DNA of 64,000 nt, taken from Eledone cirrhosa. Lineage: Eukaryota. A model generated the notes under the pieces. It saw only the letters and a list, made by a program, of their open reading frames with translations, ran no database searches and was not told where the DNA came from. This document shows, piece after piece, positions 47,181 to 63,118 of this stretch (position 1 is its first letter; each line of letters opens with the position of its first letter). A program made the position numbers and the translations under genes. The DNA lies in contig OZ024753.1 in NCBI GenBank assembly GCA_964016885.1, positions 26,040,001 through 26,104,000 on the forward strand, given 5' to 3'.

Positions 47181-50100
47181 AACTTTGAATAATAACTTTG
47201 AAATGTTTTGGCCAGTATTGGCCCAGGCCATGTCTAACTTAATAGCACCACCTGGCGAAGTCTTTCAATTCAGGATTTGGGCACCATGGCCCATTCGAGA
47301 AGAGAATTACTGTTTGCGGAGACATATCCGGGTGTGGGTGGTTTGTCCGGGATTACTTGGAGGAATTTGTCCAAAGACTTCTTGAATTTTGTGTGGTCAG
47401 TTTCTGTTTTGACGTGTCCTTGTGTGATGTTGAAGAGAGCAGGGCCGATTGAGGTGAAATAATTGTGCCGTATTGTTGTTATGAGTTGCGATTTAGATTT
47501 TTGAATGGGACGGATAGCACGGGGCCCAAGCCTTGGGTGTATCTTGAAGGCGATGCCAACATCATTTGGGCAGTGATGATGGAACATTTTCCACATCATG
47601 CAGATAATATAACGCTCACGGCGACGTTGGAGTGAGTAAAGTTTCAGGTTTTCTAGTCGACCCCAGTAGTCAAGGTCTGACATGCCATCTATCTTTTTCG
47701 TGATTGCCCTTTGAGGAGCTTCAAGTTTCATGATACTTTGTTTCGTGTGGGGAGACCACAGTGGACAACAGTATTCAAGGTGTGGTCGGGCAAAAGTAGA
47801 GAAGAGAAGGATAATGGTGTGGGAATCTCTCGACTGGAAGGTTCTGAGGATCCAGGAATACATTCTGCGGGCCATGTCAACTTTGCTGCTTATATGCGTG
47901 GTCCAGCTTATGTTGCTGTCCACGGTTACTCCCAAGTATCTGATGTTGTTAGCTGCCACGAGAGTTTCCCCGGAGGGAAGGGAGTACGGGAGTTTCAGAG
48001 CATCCTCTTTTCCAAAGTGGATCAGTTCGAATTTGTCTTCGTTCAGTAACATGTTGTTCTTTTCCGCCCATTGGGTAACAGCCAGTAGGTCTGACTGAAG
48101 GCTTATCCGGTCATCCACGCCATTGATGACCTTTTGGAGCTTGGAATCATCAGCGAAAATGTTAATGTTGCTGTGTTTGATGATGTCAGTGATGTCATTA
48201 ATATAGATGATGAAGAGAAGTGGGCCCAACACAGTGCTTTGTGGGACCCCACTACTGACTTTGGCTGGGCTGGATTTGACTCCTTCAACTACATGTTGGG
48301 TTCTATTTGACAGGAAGCTCTTGATCCACTGCAGCAGCTTTCCAGTGACACCAATATTGGACAGCTTTCTCAGTAGAATGTTATGATCAACCCTGTCAAA
48401 GGCCTTGCTGAAATCAAAGTAGATAACATCAGTGTTGGATCCCTCTCCCAAGGCTCTCAAAATGTCATCAAAGTGGTGCAGTAGCTGCGTCAGGCAATCC
48501 CTTCCATTACGGAATCCATGCTGGTTGGAGTTCAGCATATTGTTACTCTCAAGGAAGTGGGTCATTCGCGATCTCACCACTCTCTCAAATACCTTAATGA
48601 TATGAGAGGTGAGTGAGATTGGACGGTAATTCACGGCAAGGGATTTGTTTCCCTTTTTGAAAACTGGGACAACAGACTGGGATAGAAGGTTTTCTGGCAC
48701 ATATCCAGCATCCAGTGAGTTCCGCCACAGATTGGCAAGCGGAGATGCAAGTTGGTGTTGACACGCCTTCAAGACACAAGCAGGGAACCTATCGGGACCT
48801 ACTGCTGAATTATGCTTGATTTCCTTTATTGCCGCTTAGACATCAGGGGCGCCAAACGTTATGTCCGATAAGGTGTAATGGGGAGTAACATCGCCGATAC
48901 AGCCCAGATCGGCCATATCAGGATTGCTGAAAACAGAGCAGTATTGTTTCTGCAGTATCTCACCCATGGTTTTAGCATTGTCTTGAAGAGTGCCATTTTC
49001 ATCAATTAGAGGGCCAACAGTAGAGCCAGTGATTTTGTGTTTTTTTTGCAAATGAAAAGAACACTTTGGGATTGAGTTTGATCTTCTCAATGGCCCAGGC
49101 CTCTTCAGCTCTTCTCTGATTGTTGATGAGGGACATTATGTTGTTTTGGAGGTTATGTTTTTTTAATCTCTAGTGATGAAATGGCAGTCAAGTTGATGTG
49201 TTGCTGCTGACGGTATTTCAGCTTGTTGATTTTTTTGTTCGTTCTCTTAATTTTTCTGATGAGCGTTTTTCTATTTCTAGGGATTCTGCTCTTAGATTTG
49301 TTTATAGTTCTTAATGGGGTGTGTTTTGCACATATGTTTGTAACAGTGTCCACAAATGTCTGCCAGGACTTTTTGATGTTAGTGGGTGTATGAGTGTGCG
49401 TGAAGGACCAGTCGACATGTGCAAGATCATGACTGATCGCTTCCCAGTTTGCATTGTGGAAATCCATAGCGTCAAACGGATGGACAGGAGAGATGACATT
49501 GGGTTTGTATATTGGACGGTGGAATCTCAGATCACAGAGAACCATGTCATGATCAGAGAGTAGAGTTTTCTCCACTGCAATATTGTGGATATTGTCAGTG
49601 TGATTGCTGAAAATTAAGTCTAGGACGTTTTTGTGGCACCTCGTTGGTTCGAGCACCAGTTGGGATAGGATGAAATCATCCATGAAGTCAAGAAGCGATT
49701 CCACTGCTTCCCTGTCAGAGGTTGAGGCAGAAGAACCTGATGGCAGGCTGTTTGTGGACCAGTCAACTCCGGGGAGGTTGAAGTCCCCCATCATTAAGAT
49801 GTTGTCAGGGTGACACTCTTGGATGAAACACTTTATGCTGTTGAGGCATTCCTTGAAGCATGGTAGAGGCGTTTGGGGTGGCCTATAGAGCCCAACTACT
49901 ATTAGGTTATTGGTTTGACTGAATACAGTGACTGCTTCGCAGTATCCATTAGTAAATATGTTCATAGCCTCTGTTGAGAAAGAATCAGGGACATAAATGG
50001 CAGTCCCACCCTTTCTTCTGCCAGCGCGATCAGCACAGATGGCTTTGACATTTTTCACTTTCACCTCGGCTTCCAAGTGGCGGTTACTGAGATGGGTTTC

Positions 50101-50892
50101 AGTGAGGACGAAGAAAGGGATGTGGTTTGGATGGACATCAACCCAGTCCTCCAGGAATTTATCTTCCATTTTTGAGTATTGGTGGAAGGGCTGATGCCTT
50201 GGGCGTTAAGCAAAAATGTTGAGGCGAGAGTGGATGGTTTTAATTGTTTTGGTGTGTTATTAATTTGTTTGTTTGTTAATGGCAGCAATGGGAGTTTGTG
50301 CAGTGGGTTGATAGTGGAGGGTGGTGCTGGGTGATAGCTCGAATGTTTTTTCCAGTTCTTTTGCCAGATTCATTATAGCTAAAAAAGAGGAAGAAGTTTC
50401 CTGTTTAGGAGACTGTTGGTGACTGTGGTAGTGGTTATTTTTATGTAGTTTATGGTTATTGTTTTTGCTTTTATTTTTATTTTCCTTTGTCCGACGGGTC
50501 CCCGGGAGATGGGTAAAGGGACAATCCCGGTGTAAACACAATCTGCCTCGCAGGGAGAAGCGGCAGATTTGTGGATTCCTTGTTTGAGTTATTGGTGGTT
50601 GTGTTGGTGTTAAATTAGAGTATGTATTATGGTGGTAGCTGTTTGTGGGGATAGACCGTTTTGTCCTAGGTAAATGGGTGAATTTGCAGCCACTATCCGT
50701 ACATATTTATAGCGTAGAGAGTAGCGTCAAATGATGGGGTTTCGAGTGGGTGGGTATGTGTGTGTGTGTGTTGTGAGAGGTGTAGATGATGGTTTGAGTA
50801 GGATTTGACGACCTTTGTGGACTGTGGGAGGGAGAGTCCTTGTACTTGTATTAGAAGGTAAATTCCTTGAGATAGCAGTAGCCAAAGATGTT

Positions 50893-50923
<31 letters not shown>

Positions 50924-51480
50924 GCAGAGAAGAAGATGTTGGCAGTGGTGATGATTGGACTGCTGGGCCAGAGAAAGGATTTGGCGTTTCCTGCTGTGAG
51001 ACAGAGGCTACTGGGAGGTCAATAGTTTCATTTAGTAGATCGGCCATTGTTGATGAATCAAGGAGTGGTTCACACTGTTGTCGTTGTTGTTGTTGCTGTT
51101 GTTGATGTTGTTGTTGCTGTTGTTGTTGTAGCTGTTGTTGTTGTTGCCGTTGTAGCTGCTGTTGTTGTTGGTGCTGCTGCTGGACAGCATTCGAAGAAAA
51201 AACACACCGTAGTTTATCCAAATGTTTATTGATTAATTTAAAAGCAATTTCGATTTGCTTTAATTTATTTTGAATCTGTTGTTCAGATCGAGTTTTCAAA
51301 AGTTGAACTGTACGTTTAGCAATGTCGTTCAGACATGAAGCATCTATGTCTTCTGTTTGGGTAAGGCAATGCCATGTGTTTATGAGAATGTCGATTTCAT
51401 TATCAGACCAGTTCTGTTTGGATTTTTGCTGGGTAGCCATTCTAGTTTTGAGTGTGTGTGTTTTAGTTAAGTATTTCAAT
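47181..51480 (-). mobile_element. Near full-length CR1-group LINE (ORF1, APE, RT), pseudogenised
   Basis: ORF1 pieces 50727-51479 and 50260-50541; APE 49153-~50230 (LLNAQG, LTETHL, GLYRPP, GDFNLP, LDLIF, SDHD); RT 47270-48830 (NYRPISLTS, DFSKAFDRV, VPQSTVLGPLLF, FADD); tail (ttcaaagtta)2. Confidence 0.95.
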
Positions 51481-51559
51481 ATATATATATATTTTTTATT
51501 TATTTTTGTTTTTTTGTTTTTCTTGTGTGTGAGTGAGAAGAGTATATATATAAATATGA

Positions 51560-51613
<54 letters not shown>

Positions 51614-51741
51614 TCTGGTTATTTGAAATTAATTAAATTAATGAAAAGACGAAAGTATATAATAATAATTTATGTTTATATATATATATATATATATGTA
51701 TGTATATGTATATATATATATATGTATGTATATGTATATAT

Positions 51742-51789
<48 letters not shown>

Positions 51790-51806
51790 ATATATATATA
51801 TGTATG

Positions 51807-51840
<34 letters not shown>

Positions 51841-53177
51841 TATATATGTATGTATATGTATGTATATATATATATGTATGTATATGTATATGTATATATG
51901 TATATGTATATATATATATGTATGTATATATATATATGTATGTATATGTATATATATATATGTATGTATATGTATATATATATATATGTATGCATATGTA
52001 TATATATATATATGTATGCATATGTATATATCTTTATATGTATGTATATGTATATATGTATGTATATGTATATATATATATGTATACATATGTATATATA
52101 TATATATGTATGCATATGTATATATATATATATGTATGTATATGTATATATGTATGTATATGTATATATATATATGTATGTATATGTATATATATATATA
52201 TGTATGTATATGTATATATATATATGTATGTATATGTATATATATATATGTATGTATATGTATATGTATGTATATGTATATATATATATGTATGTATATG
52301 TATATGTATGTATATGTATATATGTATATGTATGTATATGTATATATATATATGTATGTATATGTATATGTATGTATATGTATATATGTATATGTATGTA
52401 TATGTATATATATATATGTATGTATATGTATATATATATATGTATGTATATGTATATATATATATGTATGTATATGTATATATATATATGTATGTATATG
52501 TATATATATATATGTATGTATATGTATATATGTATCTATATGTATATATATATGTATCTATATGTATATATATATGTATGTATATGTATATATATATATG
52601 TATGTATATGTATATATGTATGTATATGTATATATATATATGTATGTATATGTATATATGTATGTATATGTATATATATATATGTATGTATATGTATATA
52701 TATATGTATATGTATATATATATATGTATGTATATGTATATATATATATGTACGTATATGTATATATATGTACGTATATGTATATATATATATGTACGTA
52801 TATGTATATATATGTACGTATATGTATATATATGTATATATATGTACGTATATGTATATATATGTATATGTACGTATATGTATATATATATATATGTATG
52901 TATATGTATATATATATGTATGTATATGTATATATATATATATGTACGTATATGTATATATATATATATGTATGTATATGTATATATATATATATGTATG
53001 TATATGTATATATGTATGTATATGTATATATATATATATATGTATGTATATGTATATATATATATATGTATGTATATATATATATATGTATGTATATATA
53101 TATATATGTATGTATATGTATATATATATATATGTATGTATATGTATATATATATATATGTATGTATATATATATAG

Positions 53178-53208
<31 letters not shown>

Positions 53209-53891
53209 ATATATATATATATGTATGTATGTATATATATATATATATATATGTATGGATATGTATATACATGTATGTATGTATGTATGTATATATATAT
53301 ATATGTATGTATATATATATGTATGTATGTATATATATATGTATGTATGTATGTATATATATATGTATGTATGTATGTATATGTATATATATATGTATGT
53401 ATGTATATGTATATATATATGTATGTATGTATATGTATATATATATGTATGTATGTATATGTATATATATATGTATGTATGTATATGTATATATATATGT
53501 ATGTATGTATATGTATATATATATGTATGTATGTATATGTATATATATATGTATGTATATGTATATATATATGTATGTATGTATATGTATATATATATGT
53601 ATATATGTATATGCATATATATATATATATGTATGTATATGAATATATATATGTATGTATATGTATATATATGTATATGCATATATATATATATATGTAT
53701 GTATATGAATATATATATGTATGTATATGTATATATATATATATGTATGTATATATATATATATGTATGTATATATATATATGTATGTATATATATATAT
53801 GTATGTATATTATATATATATATATATATATGTATGTATATATATATATGTATGTATATATATATATGTATGTATATATATATATGTATGT

Positions 53892-53932
<41 letters not shown>

Positions 53933-53941
53933 TATGTATGT

Positions 53942-53996
<55 letters not shown>

Positions 53997-54465
53997 TGTA
54001 TGTATATATATATATGTATGTATATATATATGTATGTATCTATATATATATGTATGTATATATATATGTATGTATATATATATGTATGTATATATATATG
54101 TATGTATATATATATGTATGTATATATATATGTATGTATATATATATATATATGTATGTATATATATATATGTATGTATATATATATATATGTATGTATA
54201 TGTATATATATGTATGTATGTATATATATATATATGTATGTATATGTATATATATGTATGTATGTATATGTATATATATATATGTATGTATGTATATGTA
54301 TATATGTATGTATATGTATATATGTATGTATATATATGTATATGTATATATGTATGTATATGTATATATGTATGTATATATATGTATATGTATATATGTA
54401 TGTATATGTATATATGTATATATATATATGTATGTATATATATATGTATGTATGTATGTATGTAT

Positions 54466-54857
54466 AGAGATGACCCCTTAGCCTTTGTCAAGGCAGAATT
54501 CTAGGAGAAGGAAAACTCTGATATAACACCTGCAACCCTGTTGGTATCCAATGATGTTGACTTGTTCTTCTTTGTGGTAAATATCATCTTGGTTAAGAGA
54601 GTGGGATTGGCTTTGTGCAGTGCCTTTGCTCACTATAAAAGCTTGACGACACAGGCATTGCTATATATCTGGAGATCTCTCTGCACTTGTCGTCACAGGG
54701 TACCATGGGCCCAGCACTATGTGTCAATAATTGTCACAAGTGTAGTCTTTGTACCAGAGTTTTCAAGTCGCTGGATGGACTAAAATGTCGCACTCGTTCA
54801 GCGCATCTGAATGGATATAAAGTAGTGGCCGTACTCGAGAACGAGTTGGCAGCCACC
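54466..54857 (+). mobile_element. RTE-like 3' fragment, tandem copy 1
   Basis: Homologous to 45593-45998; [25 protein letters not shown]. Confidence 0.8.
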
Positions 54858-54860
54858 ATG

Positions 54861-54894
<34 letters not shown>

Positions 54895-55322
54895 TGTATG
54901 TATGTATGTATGTATGTATGTATGTATGTATGTATGTATATGTATGTATGTATATATATATGTATGTATGTATATGTATATATATATGTATGTATATGTA
55001 TATATATGTATGTATGTATATGTATATATATGTATGTATGTATATGTATATATATATGTATGTATATGTATATATATATATGTATGTATGCATATGTATG
55101 TATATGTATATATGCATACATACATATATATGTATGCATATGTATGTATATGTATATATGCATACATACATATATATGTATGCATATGTATGTATATGTA
55201 TATATGCAGTATATGTATATATGCATACATACATATATGTATATGTGCATACATACATATATATATATATACATATACATACATATATATATATATACAT
55301 ATACATACATATATATATACAT

Positions 55323-55375
<53 letters not shown>

Positions 55376-55922
55376 CATACATATATATATATATACATAC
55401 ATATATATATATATACATACATATATATATATATACATACATATATATATACGTACATACATATATATATATACATACATACATACATATATATACATAC
55501 ATACATATATATATATGCATATACATACATATATATATATACATACATACATATATATATATGCATATACATACATATATATATATACATACATACATAT
55601 ATATTTACATATACATACATACATATATATATATACATATACATACATATATAAATATACATATACATACATACATATGCATACATATATATATATATAT
55701 ATACATACATACATATATATTTACATATACATACATACATATATATATATACATATACATACATATATAAATATACATATACATACATACATATGCATAC
55801 ATATATATATATATATATATATACATACATATATATATACATATCCATACATACATATATATATATACATATACATACATACTTATATATATATACATAT
55901 GCATACATACATATATATATAT

Positions 55923-55953
<31 letters not shown>

Positions 55954-56727
55954 ATTAATAACAAAGAACGCCTATAGCATATGCATATCTTTACTTGCTA
56001 ACGTTGTTTCATCCGCACTATATATATATATATACATACATATATATATATGTATGTATGCATATGTATGTATGTATATGTATATATGTATGTATATGTA
56101 TATATATATTTGTATGTATGTATATATATATATGTGTATATATATATATGTATATGTGTATATATATATGTATGTATATGTATATATATATGTATGTATG
56201 TATATGTATATGTGTATATATATATATGTATGTATATGTATATATATATATGTATGTATGTATATGTATATATATATATGTATGTATGTATATGTATATA
56301 TATATATATGTATGTATATGTATATATATATGTATGTATGTATATGTATATGTATATATATATGTATATATATATGTATGTATGTATATGTATATATATA
56401 TATATATGTATGTATGTATGTATATGTATATATATATATATGTGTGTATGTATATGTATATATATATGTATGTATATATAATATATATGTATGTATGTAT
56501 ATATATATATATATATGTATGTATATATATATATATATTATGTATGTATATATATATATATGTATGTATATGTATATATATATATATGTATGTATATGTA
56601 TATATATATATATATATGTATGTATATGTATATATATATATATGTATGTATATGTATATATATATATATATATGTATGTATATGTATATATATATATATA
56701 TATATGTATGTATATGTATATATATAT

Positions 56728-56758
<31 letters not shown>

Positions 56759-58412
56759 TATATATATATGTATGTATATGTATATATATATATGTATGTA
56801 TATGTATATATATATATGTATGTATATGTATATATATGTATGTATATGTATATATATATATGTATGTATATGTATATATATATATGTATGCATATGTATA
56901 TATATATATATGTATGCATATGTATATATATATATATAATGTATGTATATGTATATATGTATGTATATGTATATATATATATGTATGTATATGTATATAT
57001 ATATATATGTATGTATGTATATGTATATATATATATGTATGTATATGTATATGTATGTATATGTATATATGTATATGTATATATATATATGTATGTATAT
57101 GTATATGTATGTATATGTATATATATATATGTATATGTATATATATATATATGTATGTATATGTATATATATATATGTATGTATATGTATATATGTATCT
57201 ATATGTGTATATATATATGTATGTATATGTATATATATATATGTATGTATATGTATATATGTATCTATATGTGTATATATATATATGTATGTATATGTGT
57301 ATATATATATATGTATGTATATGTATATATATATATATGTATGTATATGTATATATGTATGTATGTGTATATATATATATGTATGTATATGTATATATGT
57401 ATGTATATGTATATATATATATCTATGTATATGTATATATGTATGTATATGTATATATATATATCTATGTATATGTATATATATATGTATATGTATATAT
57501 ATATATGTATGTATATGTATATATATATATGTACGTATATGTATATATATGTATATATATGTACGTATATGTATATATATATATGTACGTATATGTATAT
57601 ATATGTATATATATGTACGTATATGTATATATATGTATATGTAATATATATGTATGTATATATATATATATGTATGTATATATATATATATATGTATGTA
57701 TATGTATATATATATATATGTATATATATGTATGTATATATATATGTATGTATATATATGTACGTATATATATATATATGTATATGAATATATATATGTA
57801 TGTATATATATATATGTATGTATATATATATATTATGTATGTATATATATATGTATGTATATATATATATGTATGTATATATATATATGTATGTATATAT
57901 ATATATGTATGTATATATATATATGTATGTATATATATATATTTATGTATATATATATATGTATGTATATATATATGTATGTATGTATATATATGTATGT
58001 ATGTATATATATATATGTATGTATATATATATATGTATGTATATATATATATATATATGTATTTATATATATATGTATTTATATATATATGTATGTATAT
58101 ATGTATGTATATATATATATGTATGTATATATATATATATGTATGTATGTATATATATATATATGTATGTATATGTATATATATATATATGTATGTATAT
58201 GTATATATATCTATGTATGTATGTATATGTATATATGTATGTATATAAGTATGTATATGTACATGTATATATATATATGTATATGTATGTATATGTATAT
58301 GTATATATGTATGTATATGTATATATGTATATATATATATATGTATGTATATGTATATGTATATATATGTATGTATATGTATATATGTATATATATATAT
58401 GTATGTATGTAT

Positions 58413-58804
58413 AGAGATGACCCCTTAGCCTTTGTCAAGGCAGAATTCTAGAAGAAGGAAAACTCTGATATAACACCTGCAACCCTGTTGGTATCCAATG
58501 ATGTTGACTTGTTCTTCTTTGTGGTAAATATCATCTTGGTTAAGAGAGTGGGACTGGCTTTGTGCAGTGCCTTTGCTCACTATAAAAGCTTGACGACACA
58601 GGCATTGCTTTATATCTGGAGATCTCTCTGCACTTGTCGTCACAGGGTACCATGGGCCCAGCACTATGTGTCAATAATTGTCACAAGTGTAGTCTTTGAA
58701 CCAGAGTTTTCAAGTCGCTGGATGGACTAAAATGTCGCACTCGTTCAGCGCATCTGAATGGATATAAAGTAGTGGCCGTACTCGAGAACGAGTTGGCAGC
58801 CACC
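58413..58804 (+). mobile_element. RTE-like 3' fragment, tandem copy 2
   Basis: About 4 substitutions relative to copy 1. Confidence 0.8.
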
Positions 58805-58915
58805 ATGTATATATGTATATGTATATATATATCTATGTATCTATGTATGTATGTATGTATGTATGTATGTATGTATGTATGTATGTATATATATATATGT
58901 ATGTATGTATGTATA

Positions 58916-58948
<33 letters not shown>

Positions 58949-59300
58949 ATATATATATGTATGTATGTATGTATATGTATATATATATGTATGTATGTAT
59001 ATGTATATATTTGTATGTATGTATATGTATATATGTATGTATGTATATGTATATATATATGTATGTATATGTATATATATATATGTATGTATGCATATGT
59101 ATGTATATGTATATATGCATACATACATATATATGTATGCATATGTATGTATATGTATATATGCATACATACATATATATGTATGCATATGTATGTATAT
59201 GTATATATGCATACATACATATATGTATATATGCATACATACATATATATATATATACATATACATACATATATATATATACATACATATATATATACAT

Positions 59301-59367
<67 letters not shown>

Positions 59368-60515
59368 CATACATATATATATACATATATATATATATAC
59401 ATACATACATATATATATATACATATACATACATATATATATATACATACATATATATTTACATATATATATATACATATACATACATATATATATATAC
59501 ATACATATATATTTACATATACATACATACATATATATACATATACATACATATATAAATATACATATACATACATACATATGCATACATATATATATAT
59601 ATATATACCTACATATATATTTACATATATATATATATATATACATACATACATATATATATACATATCCATACATACATATATATATATACATATACAT
59701 ACATACTTATATATATATACATATGCATACATATATATATATATACATACATACATATATATATATATATAATTAATAACAAAGAACGCCTATAGCATAT
59801 GCATATCTTTACTTGCTAACGTTGTTTCATCCGCACTATATATATATATATACATACATATATATATATGTATGTATGCATATGTATGTATGTATATGTA
59901 TATATGTATGTATATGTATATATATATTTGTATGTATGTATATATATATATGTGTATATATATATATGTATATGTGTATATATATATGTATGTATATGTA
60001 TATATATATGTATGTATGTATATGTATATGTGTATATATATATATGTATGTATATGTATATATATATATGTATGTATGTATATGTATATATATATATGTA
60101 TGTATGTATATGTATATATATATATATGTATGTATATGTATATATATATGTATGTATGTATATGTATATGTATATATATATGTATATATATATGTATGTA
60201 TGTATATGTATATATATATATATATGTATGTATGTATGTATATGTATATATATATATATGTGTGTATGTATATGTATATATATATGTATGTATATATATA
60301 TATATGTATGTATGTATATATATATATATATATATGTATGTATATATATATATATATATGTATGTATATATATATATATGTATGTATATGTATATATATA
60401 TATATGTATGTATATGTATATATATATATATGTATGTATATGTATATATATATATATATATGTATGTATATGTATATATATATATATATATATGTATGTA
60501 TATGTATATATATAT

Positions 60516-60546
<31 letters not shown>

Positions 60547-62173
60547 TATATATATATGTATGTATATGTATATATATATATGTATGTATATGTATATATA
60601 TATATGTATGTATATGTATATATATGTATGTATATGTATATATATATATGTATGTATATGTATATATATATATGTATGCATATGTATATATATATATATG
60701 TATGCATATGTATATATATATATATATGTATGTATATGTATATATGTATGTATATGTATATATATATATGTATGTATATGTATATATATATATATGTATG
60801 TATGTATATGTATATATATATATGTATGTATATGTATATGTATGTATATGTATATATGTATATGTATATATATATATGTATGTATATGTATATGTATGTA
60901 TATGTATATATATATATGTATATGTATATATATATATATGTATGTATATGTATATATATATATGTATGTATATGTATATATGTATCTATATGTGTATATA
61001 TATATGTATGTATATGTATATATATATATGTATGTATATGTATATATGTATCTATATGTGTATATATATATATGTATGTATATGTATATATATATATATG
61101 TATGTATATGTATATATGTATGTATGTGTATATATATATATGTATGTATATGTATATATGTATGTATATGTATATATATATATCTATGTATATGTATATA
61201 TGTATGTATATGTATATATATATATCTATGTATATGTATATATATATGTATATGTATATATATATATGTATGTATATGTATATATATATATGTACGTATA
61301 TGTATATATATGTATATATATGTACGTATATGTATATATATATATGTACGTATATGTATATATATGTATATATATGTACGTATATGTATATATATGTATA
61401 TGTATATATATATGTATGTATATATATATATATATGTATGTATATATATATATATGTATGTATATGTATATATATATATATGTATATATATGTATGTATA
61501 TATATATGTATGTATATATATGTACGTATATATATATATATATGTATATGAATATATATATGTATGTATATATATATATGTATGTATATATATATATATG
61601 TATGTATATATATATATGTATGTATATATATATATGTATGTATATATATATATGTATGTATATATATATATGTATGTATATATATATATGTATGTATATA
61701 TATATATTTATGTATATATATATATGTATGTATATATATATGTATGTATGTATATATATGTATGTATGTATATATATATATGTATGTATATATATATATG
61801 TATGTATATATATATATATATATGTATTTATATATATATGTATTTATATATATATGTATGTATATATGTATGTATATATATATATGTATGTATATATATA
61901 TATATGTATGTATGTATATATATATATATGTATGTATATGTATATATATATGTATGTATATGTATATATATCTATGTATGTATGTATATGTATATATGTA
62001 TGTATATAAGTATGTATATGTACATGTATATATATATATGTATATGTATGTATATGTATATGTATATATGTATGTATATGTATATATGTATATATATATA
62101 TATGTATGTATATGTATATGTATATATATGTATGTATATGAATATATGTATATATATATATGTATGTATGTAT

Positions 62174-62565
62174 AGAGATGACCCCTTAGCCTTTGTCAAG
62201 GCAGAATTCTAGAAGAAGGAAAACTCTGATATAACACCTGCAACCCTGTTGGTATCCAATGATGTTGACTTGTTCTTCTTTGTGGTAAATATCATCTTGG
62301 TTAAGAGAGTGGGACTGGCTTTGTGCAGTGCCTTTGCTCACTATAAAAGCTTGACGACACAGGCATTGCTTTATATCTGGAGATCTCTCTGCACTTGTCG
62401 TCACAGGGTACCATGGGCCCAGCACTATGTGTCAATAATTGTCACAAGTGTAGTCTTTGAACCAGAGTTTTCAAGTCGCTGGATGGACTAAAATGTCGCA
62501 CTCGTTCAGCGCATCTGAATGGATATAAAGTAGTGGCCGTACTCGAGAACGAGTTGGCAGCCACC
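62174..62565 (+). mobile_element. RTE-like 3' fragment, tandem copy 3
   Basis: Appears identical to copy 2. Confidence 0.8.
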
Positions 62566-62676
62566 ATGTATATATGTATATGTATATATATATCTATGTA
62601 TCTATGTATGTATGTATGTATGTATGTATGTATGTATGTATGTATGTATATATATATATGTATGTATGTATGTATA

Positions 62677-62709
<33 letters not shown>

Positions 62710-63061
62710 ATATATATATGTATGTATGTATGTATATGTATATATATATGTATGTATGTATATGTATATATTTGTATGTATGTATATGTATATATGTATG
62801 TATGTATATGTATATATATATGTATGTATATGTATATATATATATGTATGTATGCATATGTATGTATATGTATATATGCATACATACATATATATGTATG
62901 CATATGTATGTATATGTATATATGCATACATACATATATATGTATGCATATGTATGTATATGTATATATGCATACATACATATATGTATATATGCATACA
63001 TACATATATATATATATACATATACATACATATATATATATACATACATATATATATACAT

Positions 63062-63118
<57 letters not shown>

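Noticed and set aside
50727-50729. Selenocysteine TGA in LINE ORF1 zinc finger
   Set aside because: An adjacent frameshift and other lesions show decay; no SECIS seen
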